Position numbers and translations under genes: made by a program. From assembly GCA_951406725.2 (NCBI GenBank), contig OX597822.1, forward strand, positions 42,160,001-42,224,000: 64,000 bases of DNA, written 5' to 3'. The notes beneath the pieces were generated by a model. It was given only the letters and a program-made list of their open reading frames with translations. It did not search any database and was not told the origin of the DNA. Origin of the DNA: Octopus vulgaris. Lineage: Eukaryota. Of this stretch, positions 1 through 14,811 are shown piece by piece (position 1 is the first letter of the stretch; each line of letters opens with the position of its first letter).

Positions 1-434
1 TTGCTATCATTTGAATGAATCACAATAGATTTGTTTCAGTGAGAACGTTTCAATGACTCACAAGGACAGACAGTCAATCAGGTCATAGCAAGAGATAACA
101 ATCACTCTTCAAAATTTTAGAATATATAAACAACTGATTCACACACACACACACACACACACATATACTTTGTGTACCTTGGTGTTTGTATAGAGGGGTA
201 TCTCATTAAACAATCAACGTACACTTGTGTGATGATAAGATTGGGCAAACATTTTATTTAATCATTCTCTTTGAAATGCAACTGTTCTGCGATAACATGG
301 AATACATAATATATGTTAGACAGGTCTAACCTGCAATACATAGTATATGGATCTAACATAAAATATACTGTATATTATGACAGATCTAACCTGAAATATG
401 TGATGTTTATGCAACACGGGTCTAACCAGAAGTA

Positions 435-469
<35 letters not shown>

Positions 470-473
<4 letters not shown>

Positions 474-690
474 AGGGGCTGCTGAAAAGTTCCTAACTTT
501 GAATAAAAGTAAATACAAGCAGAACAGTTAATTATGATTTTATTCAACATATTCTCCTCTCAGATTCACACACATATTGCAGCAGTCCTTCAGTTTTTCT
601 AAGCCCTGTAAAAGAACTCAGAAGGTTGAGCCTCCAACTAGGCCTTTTGCAATACCCTTAAAGCCAAGTACTTTCCAGCACTCCCTTGTA
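470..690. mobile_element. mariner-type MITE
   Basis: Imperfect TIRs tatgaggggctgctgaaaagt / actttccagcactcccttgta with TA ends. Confidence 0.6.
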
Positions 691-710
691 TATATGTGTC
701 TATATATATG

Positions 711-834
<124 letters not shown>

Positions 835-2431
835 GAACACATTTCTAATCTTATATTTACAATGCGATGTGATAAGATTGTAAGACTGGTCTAATCTGGA
901 GTACTTTATATTCCTGGTCTAACAAGCTTTGAAAGTTGTACACTGATGAACATTTTATAAAAAATAAAAAATAAAAACAACTACATTAACCTTCAAATAT
1001 TAGGACAGTCTACCTGCACATCATGAAACTACTAAATTCCAATGTAAGGGTTCCTGTGTGCTCACTTCAGTTTTTTAGAAATAACAGCCAAATTTGCTTA
1101 AAATCACTCCAACCATCTTAGAAGTTGTAGATGCATTTTCTGAAGAAAATATAGCTTAAGTCTGCTGGATCAAAGCTGGTCCAGGGCTAAACAGCAACAA
1201 TAAAAACCGGGACGCCTCTAAATAGTTATTTGACCTGATAGAAATACCAGCCAAATTTCCCCCAAATCACAATCTACTGTCTGAAAAAAAAGGTGTAGGA
1301 CATAGGATAATGTATTCTTAAATACATTATGCTGGAAAAAAAAATAACATGAGATAGTCACAGTTAGAAAGCATTTAAATTATACATCTGCTGGTTCAGG
1401 ACTGACCTGGATCTATACAACATCTTCAACTGTTAAAACTGAACTGACTTCATTGGGCACTGGATTAGATTCTATTTAAGTTGGCAGCATACCGTTTCCA
1501 CAGGAAGCAGCCAGAATATTTTCATGATTTTTAATATCAACACAAGTCAAACATTTTGTGAGATGGGTGGGTGCAGTTAAATTAAGTCCAGCACTTAAAT
1601 CTTTGGGTAAAAGAAATCTTTTATTAATCTTAAATCTTTTGTTGATGGAGGCAAGATGAAAGATCAAGTTGACATGTCTGGGTTATAAATACTGGCATTC
1701 CATCAGTTATGATGATGAGAGTTTCAGTTAATTCAATCAACAGAACAGCTTGCTCATGAAATTAATGTGAAAGTGGCCGAGCAATCTCTACAGACGTGTG
1801 TACCCTTAACATAGACCTCAGGGAGATTCAGTATGATACAGAATGTAACTAGGGTAGCCCTTTGAAATACAGGTACTACTCGTTTTTGCCAGCTGAATTA
1901 ATTGAAGCAACAAGAAATAAAGGGTCTTGATCAAGGATACAATGCGTTGGCAGGAATCAAACTCAAGACCTTAGGATTGTGAGCTAACACCCAAGTCACT
2001 AAGCCACATACCTTCATTGGGTTTTAAATATGAAGGGACGTAACCAAATAGCACCAAACATTTTGTGATTCTACTTATTATGTCATTCACTGACCCATAT
2101 CTAGACTATCATAATGTCAAAGTTTAAAGTTTGAGAATTTTATTTGGAACTGTTACTTGATATATATTTTACATAGCAATTAATAGGTTTTATATCTAGT
2201 ACATAAAACTTACATTATAAAGATATATACCAAAACTGCGCTGTGGGCACAACCTTGAAGGGTCAAGTCAAGCAAATTGACTCCAGTACATTTTTTTAAA
2301 GTCTGGTACTTACTCTATCATTCTCCTTCTGGACCAATAAATTACAGGTGCATAAACATAAACAAACCAACACTGGTTATCCAATTGCCATGGGAGACAA
2401 ACACACACACACACACACACATAGATACATG

Positions 2432-2486
<55 letters not shown>

Positions 2487-2629
2487 GCTGGCAGAAATGT
2501 TAGCATGCCAGGCAAAATGCTTAGCAGTATTTCGTCTGTCATTACATTCTGAGTTCAAATTTCACCAAAGTTGACTTTGCCTTTCATCCTTTCAGGGTCG
2601 ATAAATTAAGTACCAGTTGTGTACTGGCG

Positions 2630-2686
<57 letters not shown>

Positions 2687-2841
2687 GGGCAAACAATTCA
2701 CAAGAAAAATAATTCACGAAAACTTAATTTGCAAAGATATTAATTTTGTTATTATCCAATGTAAGTATTTTTTTAAATGATAACAGAATAAATAATATGC
2801 AATTGCAGGCCCTAAAAAAGCATCAGATAGCTGAAGAATTA

Positions 2842-3240
2842 AAAGTAATCAAAGGACATACTAAGTATACCTGCCTGCTGGAAATAACAGTTAAAACTCT
2901 TATTTAAATCTCCAAAATACACTCAGGGCAAATCAGATTAAGACAATCTCCCAATGTACATTTAAGTATTTGAACTCACATGGACCGGTTTCTTCACTGG
3001 CAAAAATACCCTTAGCTAAAAATAGTTCTTCAGCACACGTTTTTGCAAATTGTTTGCCCCTGTATCGAGATTATTTTCACACTGGTGGCTGCCATGATTT
3101 TGGTGCAAAACAAATCAGTTGTAGTGCAGACTTCAAGATGATAGGTTGTGAGTCTCTATCGTTTAAATAAGATTTAAATAAAAGTTTTGACTGTTATTTC
3201 CAGCAGGTAGACATACTTAATAGGTCCTTTGATTAATTTT
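2842..3240. mobile_element. MITE with ~70-bp imperfect TIRs
   Basis: aatcaaaggac..ctgctggaaataacagttaaaact..atttaaatct is mirrored at 3170-3240. Confidence 0.6.
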
Positions 3241-3578
3241 ACACACACACACGACTGACTTTCATCAAGTTTCTGTGTACCAGATCCACTCACAAGGTTT
3301 TAGTCAGCCAGGAGCTATAGTAGCTGACACGTGCCAAGGTACCATACAGTTGGACTGAACCTGGAACTTCTTACCACACAGCCATGCCTGCTGATAAAGT
3401 GTGTAGGTAGTATAACATTCTTGATAATGTTGCACTGCAAAAGAAGATTATAGTTAGATGTAGAGGGGACATAGTAAGGACAACTAGGGTGTGACATAGA
3501 GTACAAAATGTATGACATATTTGTATTTTAGAATAAATGTAATATATAAATGTGTCAACAGGTTATATTATACTGTAT

Positions 3579-3629
<51 letters not shown>

Positions 3630-3756
3630 AAGTAAGGGCAAAAGAAAAAATTTCTAATGCCAAAATATGCCGAAAATAGACACAACGTCAATAACCATGT
3701 AATTTATCACTACAAGCACGCGTCTCGAAGAAAGCCGACAGAAATTTCTGAAAAAT

Positions 3757-3940
3757 CCCGTTATTACCATATCGGACCCGATTTCAGGGTTAGTTCATAG
3801 GAACCTTCCCTTCATCAGTGATAAATGTGGCAAAGAAATAAGTGAAATACTTACCTATACCCTTTGCCGCATTTATCACTGATGAAGGGAAGGTTCCTAT
3901 GAACTAACTCTGAAATCGGGTCCGATATGGTAATAATGGG
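3757..3940. ncRNA. palindrome (79-bp arms) carrying a type I hammerhead ribozyme motif on each strand
   Basis: + copy: ttatca-CTGATGA(3879-3885)-aggg..ctct-GAAA(3912-3915)-tcgg gt ccga-TA-tggtaa. Mirror copy on the minus strand at ~3764-3824. Confidence 0.75.
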
Positions 3941-3957
3941 TCTGTTTTGCCTTAAAC

Positions 3958-4211
3958 CAGTGGTTCTCAACTGGACTTCATATGATCCTTGGGGGACCAT
4001 ATAAGATTTTATTGTTAAAAATATCTACAATAACATTGGGTATACTTCTACAATACACAAAATATTTTAGCAATTTTTTTTATATAGTTCCTAATAATAT
4101 TTAATTATTAAAATACGATATTTTTCTTAAACATCGAATGGTTAAGAGGGTCCACCCACATAAAACAGGAATCAAAGGGGTTCACAGGTGAAATATAGTT
4201 GAGAAACAGTG
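3958..4211. mobile_element. hAT (Charlie-like) MITE
   Basis: cagtggttctcaac / gttgagaaacagtg TIRs; degenerate 8-bp TSD ccttaaac / ctctaaac. Confidence 0.65.
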
Positions 4212-4842
4212 CTCTAAACAGAAAACAATTCATAAACTGAATATGTTTGTGGCCTGTCTTAGCAGATGTTTATCATTCAAGACATGTTAATGGTCTGTCA
4301 ACAATCTGTCAACTGCTCAGTGGCTGGAAACTGAAACATTTATTATGAAAGACATGACAAGGATGTTGACACTGGAAATCCTTTATTCTATGTCGGTTGG
4401 ATTACTGCTCACAACTATGGTCTCCTAGTAGCCCAGGCTTCAGTGGTTTAGCTAGAATGTGTGTATGTCCCAAGACAGATCTTGTGTCTACAGCCCCTGT
4501 CTACCTGTCCCTTATACAGTTTTATACCTTAGACCCAAATGTGCCACCCCAATAAAAGTGTCACCTAGCGTGGACCTTCTCCTTCATACAATCCTTCCAT
4601 GTCCTCCCCCAGCTACCCTGCTGCCAGGCCTTACTCACCAACTGGAGATTACAAAAATCCTTCACCAAAAAATAACAAGAGGTGGAGCCCTTAAAAACTG
4701 GGAACACACCAGCATATTACATTCCTACTCTTTGGTATGCTAACAGGAACACTGTATCATCATGTATGAAAGATTCTCAAAAATCTTATTTCAGAGATTT
4801 TTGAGAATTTAGTGTTTTAGTTTTTTACAATGGACATTACCA

Positions 4843-5635
4843 CGCTGGTATGGACACGTGGTAAGAATGGATGAAGATAGTTGTGTGAAAAAGTGCCACA
4901 CCCTAGCGGTTGAGGAAACCTGTGGAAGAGGTAGACCCAGGAAAACCTGGGACGAGGTGGTGAAGCATGACCATCGCTCTTTAGGTCTCACCGAGGAAAT
5001 GACCAGAGACCGAGACCTTTGGAAGTATGCTGTGTGTGAGAAGACCCGGCAGGACAAATGAGGCCATAACCCATGGCCCCTACCTGGGATGGAGTCAGTC
5101 CACCTGTGTATACCTTCCTTCTTGGGACACATAACTCTACTTGTGAAGACCTGTTGAGGCAAGTAAAAATCAAAAAATCAAAGAATCAAAAAATCAAATC
5201 AAGATCGAAATCGATCAACATCAATGGAATTTGTAGTTTGTGGTACCAGTGCCGGTGGTACATAAGAGAACCATCTGAATGTGGCTGTAGCCAGCACTGC
5301 ATCGACTGGCCTCCGTGGTGGTGGCACGTAACAAATACCATCCGATCGTGGCCGTTGCCAGCCTCGCCTGGCCTCCGTGCCGGTGGCACGTAAAAAGCAC
5401 CATCTGAGCGTGGCCGTTCGCCAGCCTCGTCTGGCACCTGTGTCGGTGGCACATAAAAAGCACCCACTACACTCACGGAGTGGTTGGCGTTAGGAAGGGC
5501 ATCCAGCTGTAGAAACACTGCCAGATCTGACTGGCCTGGTGCAGCCTTTGGGCTTCCCAGACCCCAGTTGAACCGTCCAACCCATGCTAGCATGGAAAGC
5601 GGACATTAAACGATGATGATGATGATGATGATGAT
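4843..5635 (+). mobile_element. RTE-clade LINE 3' fragment
   Basis: RWYGHVVRM...RGRPRKTWDEVV C-terminus, 3'UTR with internal repeats and a (GAT)n tail. Related 3' pieces at ~5860-6017, 11160-11660 and 41720-41977. Confidence 0.85.
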
Positions 5636-6130
5636 TACAAACTATAAAGAGACAGCAACATCACTTCATCTTGAAGATGGGACTGTGAAGGCCTAGAAAT
5701 GTCCATGTGGTCCAGAACTTCAGTCTTTCAAACAAGCTACAAGAAACTCAAATGGAAATATGAGAAAAAAACTTGATACAAAAAATAAAACTAGAACACA
5801 ATTGTGTTTTCACTACAACACACACACACAAACTAACAGACACACACACACACACTGTAAAGTGGTTGGTGTTAGGAATGGTATCGAGCAATAGAAACTA
5901 TGCCAAAACAGACAATTGGAACCTGGTGCAGCACTTTGGCTTGCCAGCTCCTGTTAAGCCATCCAAGCCATGCCAGCATGGAAAATGGACATTAAATGAT
6001 GATGACGATGATGATGGTATATGTATGTGTGTGTGTGCATGTGTGCATGTGTGTGTGTGTGTGTGTGTAAGTACAAGTACAGACAACAGAGTGGCCAAGA
6101 AAAAATAAAATATTATCTTATTTTCTATTC

Positions 6131-6304
6131 AGGCGTAGGAGTGGCTGTGTGATAAATAGCTTGCTTACCAACCACATGGTTCCGGGTTCAGTCCCACAAT
6201 GTGGCAACTTGGGCAAGTGTCTTCTACTATAGCCTTGGGCCGACCAAAGCCTTGTGAGTGGATTTGATAGACGGAAACTGAAAGAAGCCCGTCATATATA
6301 TGTG

Positions 6305-6357
<53 letters not shown>

Positions 6358-6567
6358 TTGTGTGTCTGTGTTTGTTTCCCCAGCATCGCTTGACAACTGA
6401 TGCTGGTGTGTTTACGTCCCCATAACTTAATGGTTCGGCAAAAGAGACTGGTAGAATAAGTACTAGGCTTACAAAGAAGAAGTCCTGGGGTCAATTTGCT
6501 CAACTAAAGGCGGTGCTCCAGCATGGCCACAGTCAAATGACTGAAACAAGTGAAAGAGTAAAAGAGT
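6131..6567 (+). mobile_element. tRNA-derived SINE family B (internal TA/TG microsatellite)
   Basis: Head ggcg(c/t)aggagtggctgtgtg, B-box ggttcagtccc. Other copies at ~6826-7235(-), 13108-13480(-), 29032-29197(-), 35720-36090(-), 47875-48175(+), 51473-52710(+), 59980-60519(-). Confidence 0.85.
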
Positions 6568-8561
6568 GAGAGCATTCATTTTTTTTAAAGTAATGCCCTT
6601 AATGTAGTGAGATCTCCAGTTATCATGATCAGCTGCTAAATCTGTGAAGGAAGGCACTACTTCATTCACATGACTCGTCATCAGATTTCTCTACAGAGAG
6701 TTTTTATGTCACTTTGTGGGTGCAAGCTTGCCATAAAAGACTGTTTTAGGATTGCTTGCATCCAAGGCACTAGCCTACATCATGTGTGTGTGTAAAAATA
6801 CAATGTACTTAATAAACATCTCTTTATTCTTTACTCTTTTACTTGTTTCAGTCAGTTGACTGCGGCCATGTTGGAGCACCACCTTTAGTCGAGCAACTCG
6901 ACCCCGGGATTTATTCTTTGTAAGCTCAGTACTTATTCTACCGGTCTCTTTTGCCGAACCGCTAAGTGACGGGGACATAAACACACCAGCATCGGTTGTC
7001 AAGCAATGCTAGGGGACAAACACAGACACACAAACATACACGCACATATATATATATATATATACATATATACGACGGGCTTCTTTCAGTTTCCGTCTAC
7101 CAAATCCACTCACAAGGCTTTGGTCGGCCCGAGGCTATAGTAGAAGACACTTGCCCAAGGTGCCATGCAGTGGGACTGAACCCGGAACCATGTGGTTGAT
7201 AGGCAAGCTACTTACCACACAGTCACTCCTGCGCCTAGAAGTGTGTGTTAGAAGTGTGTAGAATCTGTTACAATTGTGTGTTTATAAGTAAGATTGTTCC
7301 CCATACAAAGATATTCACATAAATCTACATAGATCTAGGGACCCCCTATGGTCATGAATGACCATGGGATTGCACCTAGAAAGTTACCCTCCAAGGCACA
7401 AGTCCTCATGCAAGGTTGTTTGTAGAAGGCCAGCAGTCTCCCATGCATACCAGCCTTCCCTCTCCACACCACTGATGTTATCCAAGGGAAAGGCAAAGGT
7501 TGATACAGCTTGGCACCAGTGATGTCGCAACTCATTTCTACAGCTGAGTTAACTGGAGCAACATGAAATAAAGTATCTTGCTCAAGAACACAACACACAG
7601 CGCGGTCCAGGAATCGAACTCACAATCTCATGATGCTCTAACCACTGAGCTATGCTCCTTTACATCTACATGGATATAAACATGCATATCATCATCATCA
7701 TCATCATTTAACGTTCATTTTCCCTGCTGGTATGGGTTGAACGTTTAAGAGAAGCTGGCCAGCCAGAGAGCTGCACCAGGTTCCAATTGTTTTTGCATCA
7801 TTTCTATGGCTTGATACCCTTCCTAATACCAACTACTTTACTTGTTGCTTATTATGTAACACTGACATGGATGCTTTTTTATGTGGCATTGAAATGGGTG
7901 TTTTTATATGACACCAGAAATATATCCATACAGATACAAAACGGGTTTGATAATGATTAACAGATTGTTTAATCACGTGGCAATGTTTGTTAAGCAGTGG
8001 AGGTGTATAGTGATGTGGAAGCCCCAGGAAATCATCAACCCTGGGAAAACAGAAACACTGTTGATGTCAGTGGGGTATGAACTCAGAACTGAGACAATGC
8101 TAAAGACTGTGTTGTCATCTGACTAACAATCTACCTTTTGTAGGAACTGATAACTAATTGTTCAAATATTTAATTAGAAGACGATTATCTCGGGTATGAT
8201 AGATAGACTTTGAGCTTCATTAACAGATAAGACAGAAAGGCAGGAAATTGCTGATGGTGGTGGTGGTGGTGAGTCAGAAATGAGATAGACAAAATGACTA
8301 ACTTCATTTGAATATCTAATGATGGTGGGAGGTGAAGGGGTTATAAATTTGTTCAAACACACACACACACACACACATACGCACGTGCATGTATATATTG
8401 TGAGAGACAAGCAGGAGGCATTGCAGATACAGATTGACCTCACATAAGGTACTTCAAATCTGAGTGAGCGCCAACTTCCCTCATCACCAACTATACTGAC
8501 AAGAATATTTCCCATATTTTCATCTTGAATCGTCTTTGTAAACTTCATATTATCCAACATT

Positions 8562-8564
8562 ATG
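8562..8564 (+). CDS. TUBA: alpha-tubulin gene 1, candidate exon 1 (ATG only)
   Basis: catt-ATG-gtaagt: ATG directly followed by a perfect donor. Splicing to 13987 gives MREC. Best candidate seen upstream; no transcript evidence. Confidence 0.6.
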
Positions 8565-9751
8565 GTAAGTTTTAACATGAAATTCTTCTACATTATATTG
8601 ATAAATTCTTTATAGTACAGCTGTCACTCACACTCACACAGACATACACACATGTAGTAATATACATATTTAGTTATTATTTTATCTATTAAGGTAGTGA
8701 GTTGGCAGAATCGTTACTTCACCGGTAAAAGTTGCTTAGCCGCATTTCTTCTGACTTTACATTCTGAGTTCAAATATTACTTTTCATCTCTTTGGAGTCA
8801 CTAAAATAGGTATCTATTGAATACTGGGGTCAATGCAATCAACTTGCCCCTCCCCAAAATTGTTGGCCTTGTGCCAAAATTTGAACCCAATATTTGCTGG
8901 TTCGTGTATAGTTCACAGGGAAATTATTGGATTGTTACATTGTTGTTATCCTGCTTCATTATATATTTATTGTTACTACACAGTTATAATGTAAAAAAGT
9001 ATCATTATAACAATTGGTGATACAACAGTCTCTGCAACCAACACCCTTCCTATGATCAGGAAATCCACACACTGCCAGCACCCTCAGTATAGAAGACTCA
9101 GTATGCCATGGCTATAGGTTTGTAGATGTGCACTGAGGCTGCAGCATCTACATAAATTGCTAAACAGTGAGCAGGTACATTTTCCTTGAGTTTGTCTTTT
9201 TAACAGATTTATAGTTCTGAGATGAGTGAAAACAAGATTAGGTATCTAGCATGTTTCCAGCTGCTTTATAGCCCTCTATGTGAAGGCATATGGCTTAGTG
9301 GTTAGGGTATTCAGCTCATGATTATATGATCATGAGTTCAATTCTTGATGATGCATTGTGTCCTTGAGCAAGACACTTTATTTCACATTGCTCCAGTCCA
9401 TACAGCCAGCAAAAATGAGCAGTACCTGTTTTTTGAAGGGCCAGCCTTATCACACTCTGTTTCACACTGATTCTCCTTGAGAACTATGTTGAGGGTACAC
9501 GTGTTTGTACAGTACTTGGCCATTTGCATGTTAATTTCACAAGCAGGCTGTTCCATTGATCAGATCAATTGGAACCCTCAACATCATAACCAATGGAATG
9601 CCAGTTTCTCTATGAGCACTCTGTAAATAGCCCATACATTTTAAAACATACTTAATATTATATATATATATTTTCAAAATGTGACCTCGAGTGTACTGTT
9701 GGCGATTTTTTTTCCTCTGTCTTCCCTTCTCTGGATCTTTCCTTCTCCTAT

Positions 9752-9786
9752 GTTTCCGACGAAGAGCTTCGCTCGAAACGTTAAAC
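9752..9786 (+). ncRNA. minimal hammerhead-like motif (U4C core change) in a TA-flanked insert (~9672-9878)
   Basis: gttt-CCGACGA-a-gagc ttc gctc-GAAA-cg-TT-aaac, with palindromic ACGT stem III. Confidence 0.6.
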
Positions 9787-11104
9787 CCTCCTTCTTTCCT
9801 GAGCATCCAATAATACTATATTTGTTCCACATCCTCGCGTTGTTGTGTTTTTTGTGCTTTCTTGTTTGGATTAACTTTATATATATGTATGTATGTATGT
9901 ATATATATACAACGGTCTTCTTTAAGTTTCTATCTTACAAATCCACTCACAAGGCTTTGGTCAGCTTGAGGCTGTAGTAGACGACACTAGCCCAAGGTGT
10001 CATGCAGTGGGAGTGAACCTGGAAACATGTGGTTGGCAAGCAAACTTCTTACCACACAGCAACACATATGGAATTCTCATCAGCTTGACATGTTTCAGAT
10101 ATTTACAGAGTTCATACTGTATCCATATAATTTACAAATTAACTAATGTAAATTAATTCAAATTTTATTACAATGTTTGTATTTTTCCTGAGAAAACATT
10201 TTTTAACTAGATTTGCACAAGCAGGTTCCTCTGGATTAGAAATAAAAAAACCTAAGAAAGGCCTCAAAACAAGAGGGCCCTGGTAGCCATATTTCTTATT
10301 TGCTGGTTATATAGGGGTAACTATTATTACTCAGTGAAGGCGGCAAGCTGGCAGAATCACTAGCATGCCAGGTGAAATTCTTAGCAGTATTTTGTCTGTC
10401 TTCTTGTTCTAAGTTTAAATTCTGCTGAGGTCGACTTTGCCTTTCATCCTTTCAGAGTCAATAAAACATGTGCCTATTGAGCACTGGGATCAGTGTAAAT
10501 GGCTAGCCACCTCTCCCAAAATTTCAGGCCTTGTCCCTATAGTAGAAAGGATTAATTCTCCGTGAATTAGTGTTTAAAGCTGATAATGGCACCAGTATGA
10601 TAACGACAAGCAAAGGCATTTACCCCCACCTTCTTGATTCTGTTGAACAGCAATACCCACCATCATTACATATTCATTGTGATAGCCAGAGACAACTGCA
10701 GCAATGGTTACAGCAAGAGTACCATACAGGCCAACATTTTTCAACTAGATTTGCACTAGCAAGTCCCTCTGGATTAGAAATAACAAACCTAAGAAAGGCC
10801 TCAAAACAAGTGGGCCCTGGTAGTCATATCTTCAGGACACTTGGAGAAAATAGCCAGTAGAATGGTGATTTATCAGTGTATAATGGTTAAGAGCTGATGT
10901 TGAAAAAGGACACATGTCCAAATAGAGAGGTGCCTGTAAGAGATATGAAGTAATGTCAACTTCATTGTGTGTGTGTGTGTGTGTGTGTGTACAAGTGTAT
11001 TTGTGCATGCAGTGGACTTCATGAGATGGTTCTAAACAAGCAATTTTGCATCTATTTCAGTATAGTGGCAAAGAATTTTTTTTTCTCCATTATTTATAAT
11101 TGTA

Positions 11105-11160
<56 letters not shown>

Positions 11161-11849
11161 CCAAGTGAGACCATAACCTTGTGGCCTATGCCAGGGGTGT
11201 AACCAGCCCACTTATGAGCACCATCCCTTCATTGGACACTGTTGAAGCAAGTGAAATCGAAATCAAATTCGATGACTGGCATCTGTGCTAGTGGAGCACT
11301 AAGAGCACCATCCGAGCATGATATTTGCCTGAGCAGCTAATTGGCATAAAAAGCACTATTTGAGTGTGATTGTTACCAGCATCGCCTTACTGACACTTGT
11401 GCCGGTGTGCAGGTGACACGTAAAAAAAAAAGAAAAAACACAATATTTTCGTGGCCGTTGCCAATATCACCTGACTGACCCTTGAGTCGGTGGCACATAA
11501 AAGCACCCACTACACTCTCAGAGTGGTTGGTGTTAAGAAGGGCATCCAGCTGTAGAAACTCTGCCAGATCAAGATTGGAGCCTGGTGCAGCCATCTGGTT
11601 CGCCAGTCCTCAGTCAAATCGTCCAACCATGGAAAGCGGACGTTAAACAATGATGATGATAGAGAGAGAGAGAGAGAGAGGTACACTACATTTTTAAATG
11701 TATTAAATAATGGTCTTCTTGATGATCATTCATATTTATTTTTTGAACCTGTTGAAGACACACAAGATGTTGAAATATCGTTCACTAAATAATAGCTCTC
11801 TTCTTTTAATTTTGACTCTATATCTTCAGGAGGAGTTACCTCAATCCTT

Positions 11850-11911
<62 letters not shown>

Positions 11912-13986
11912 TGATGATGATGATAATCGTTTCTAATTTTGAAGCAAGGCCAGCAATTTCGAGGGACGGAATCAGTTGATTACATGGAACTCGGTGCTTG
12001 ACAGGTACTTTATTTGGTTAAAACGTAGTTTAGGGGTTTGACTAAAAAAATGAAATAAAGTAAAGTAAATTGAATGGAAGTGACGAAAATGAAATCTCAT
12101 AATTTCCTGTGAACAATCTATGTATAATACGTGAATCGACAGGAGCAATGCCACCACTTCCATTGGTTCTTTCTCTACAACACAGTAGCCATGCAGGAGT
12201 ATTGCATTGTCCATATGTAACTGTGGTGGTTATTATGCGTCGACATGCAAGCGACCTAACTGCCTTCTTTCTCAGTGATGGTGTTCATTGCTGGATCTTT
12301 TAACGTTGGAGCGGTGTACCTTGGCTGCTATTTCTGAAATACTTAGGATAGCACGCGAACTTGAATTTTGAAGGTTACGTGTCAAAAGAAATACCGCAAG
12401 ATAATCGAATTTCATGAGCTTCTAAGCCAAGGGAGAGGACTCGCCTCGTAAAGGAGAATTCTCTCCCTGAAATATTAACGTAACGTCGCGACGTATTGAT
12501 TTCATTATAACTCTTTCTACTATAAGCACAAGGCCTGAAATCGGAGTGGAGGGGAATATTCGATTACATCGACTTCAGTGTTTCACTGGTACTTAATTTA
12601 TTGACACTGAAAGGATGAAAAGTAAAGTCGACCTCGGCGGAATTTGAACTTAGAACATAAAGACAGACGCAATACCTATTTCTTTACTACCCACAAGGGG
12701 CTAAACACAGAGGGAACAAACAAGGACAGACAAACGGATTAAGTCGATTATATTGACCCTAGTGCGTAACTGGTACTTAATTTATCGACCCCGAAAGGAT
12801 GAAAGGCAAAGTCGACCTCGGCGGAATTTGAACTCAGAACGTAGCGGCAGACGAAATACCGCTAGGCATTTGTCCCGGCGTGCTAACGATTCTGCCAGCT
12901 CGCCACTGGTTTCAACATAATGACTTGATGTTGTCTATTCCTAAACATATAATTACTTCCATTTGCGTCTTCTTTTATGTTTACCGTATCAACTATGTTG
13001 AAATTAACCTAAGTATTGTATTCCATCATTTCTGTCCGACAAAATCCTTACTTTGTCTTTCATCCTTCCGGGATTGATAAAATAATGTACTAGTAGGCGG
13101 TACTAGTACTCTTTTACTTGTTTCAGTCATTTGACTGCGGCCATGCTTGAGCACCGCCTTTAGTCGAGCAAATCGACCCCGGGACTTATTCTTTGTAAGC
13201 CCAGTACTTATTCTATCGGTCTCTTTTGCCGAACCGCTAAGTGACGGGGACGTAAACAATGCTAGGGGGACAAACACAGACACACAAACATATATATATA
13301 TATATATACATATATACGACAGGCTTCTTTCAGTTTCCGTTTACCACATCCACTCACAAGGCATTGGTCGGCCCGGGGCTATAGCAGAAGACACTTGCCC
13401 AAGGTGCCATGCAGTGGGACTGAACCCGGAACCATGTGGTTGGTTAGCAAGCTACTTACCACACAACCACTCCTGTGCCTATGTGTAATCTTCTTATAAA
13501 GTATCCTAAATATGCATGGAATTTTGACCGAGAAAGGAAAAGCCTAACATTTAACTAGTCTAGACTCAATCCATATTGTTTCTGTAAATAAATATATATT
13601 TTACAGATGTGCATCTTTACCACTGGATAACGTCTTCTTAACTTGCAAACCTTGGTTAACTACTTATGTAGATGCGAAGTTCACACGGTTGGAATATAAC
13701 CTACGCGCACTAGAGATAGTAGAACAAATGGAACAAAATATACGCTACATTAAAATGTAGCCTATATGCACTAGGGATTGTGAAGCAACGACAATCACAA
13801 CACTACAGTCACACAGTGAGGGAGTCTGACCTCCAAACGTCTCAAACGGCACAGGCTACATATATATATATGTTCGCTGGAGAGATGAAATATTTCCTGA
13901 CTCTTATTTGAGCTCCCGTTAACCCAAAACTAACCGTCTGAAGCATGTTTTAATGCCTGTATTTTGTGATCTTTTTATCATTTCAG

Positions 13987-14209
13987 AGAGAATGTATAAG
14001 TATCCATGTTGGACAAGCTGGTGTCCAGATTGGGAATTCCTGCTGGGAACTTTACTGTCTGGAACATGGAATCCAGCCTGATGGTTACTTGATGTCTGAG
14101 AAAGCAGCGGGTGCTGTGGATGACTCTTTCAGTACATTCTTTGGTGAGACAGGATCAGGAAAACATGTTCCCAGAGCTGTGTTTGTTGACCTCGAGCCTA
14201 CAGTTGTCG
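13987..14209 (+). CDS. TUBA: alpha-tubulin gene 1, exon 2 (223 bp)
   Basis: tttcag acceptor, [16 protein letters not shown]...[10 protein letters not shown], phase-1 gtgagt donor at 14210. Confidence 0.97.
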
Positions 14210-14477
14210 GTGAGTTTTTAGATATTTATATTATATCACATTTCCTAGACGTGAAATAATTTATTAAATCAGCTATGAGACTACTACACACTTACAGGAT
14301 CTATGTCCATCTCTACTGCAGGATTTGGGGCTACTCACCTAATTGTGCATACTTCAGTCAACTTAGCTGTATTTCCCGAAACTTTACAATCATGACTCAA
14401 TTTGGGAGATCCATAATATACATTTTCTTGTCAATATTGAGAGAGAGGGGGGAGAGAGGGAGAGAGAGACAAAAACG

Positions 14478-14513
<36 letters not shown>

Positions 14514-14751
14514 CAGATAGACCGACAGGCAGATTGTTGAATGGATTCATTTGTTTATTGTGTCTTAGTCTTTGATTTTGAACAGTGAATATTTGGGAAT
14601 TTAAAAAAAATGGAAAATTTAATAAAATTAACACTTGATAAGTCGTTGTGCTAATATTTCTTGAAATAAATAAATAAATTGACATGATATAATATCTAAA
14701 AGTTGATGAATACCACCTATTGATCCCTTCCATTTTTTTATTGCTCCCTCA

Positions 14752-14787
<36 letters not shown>

Positions 14788-14811
14788 CAGAGATGTACTT
14801 GCAGCACGGTT

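Noticed and set aside
5240-5470. Spaced gccggtggcacgtaaaaagcacc repeats resembling a CRISPR array
   Set aside because: Internal repeats of the RTE 3'UTR; spacers are homologous, the context is eukaryotic, and there are no cas genes.
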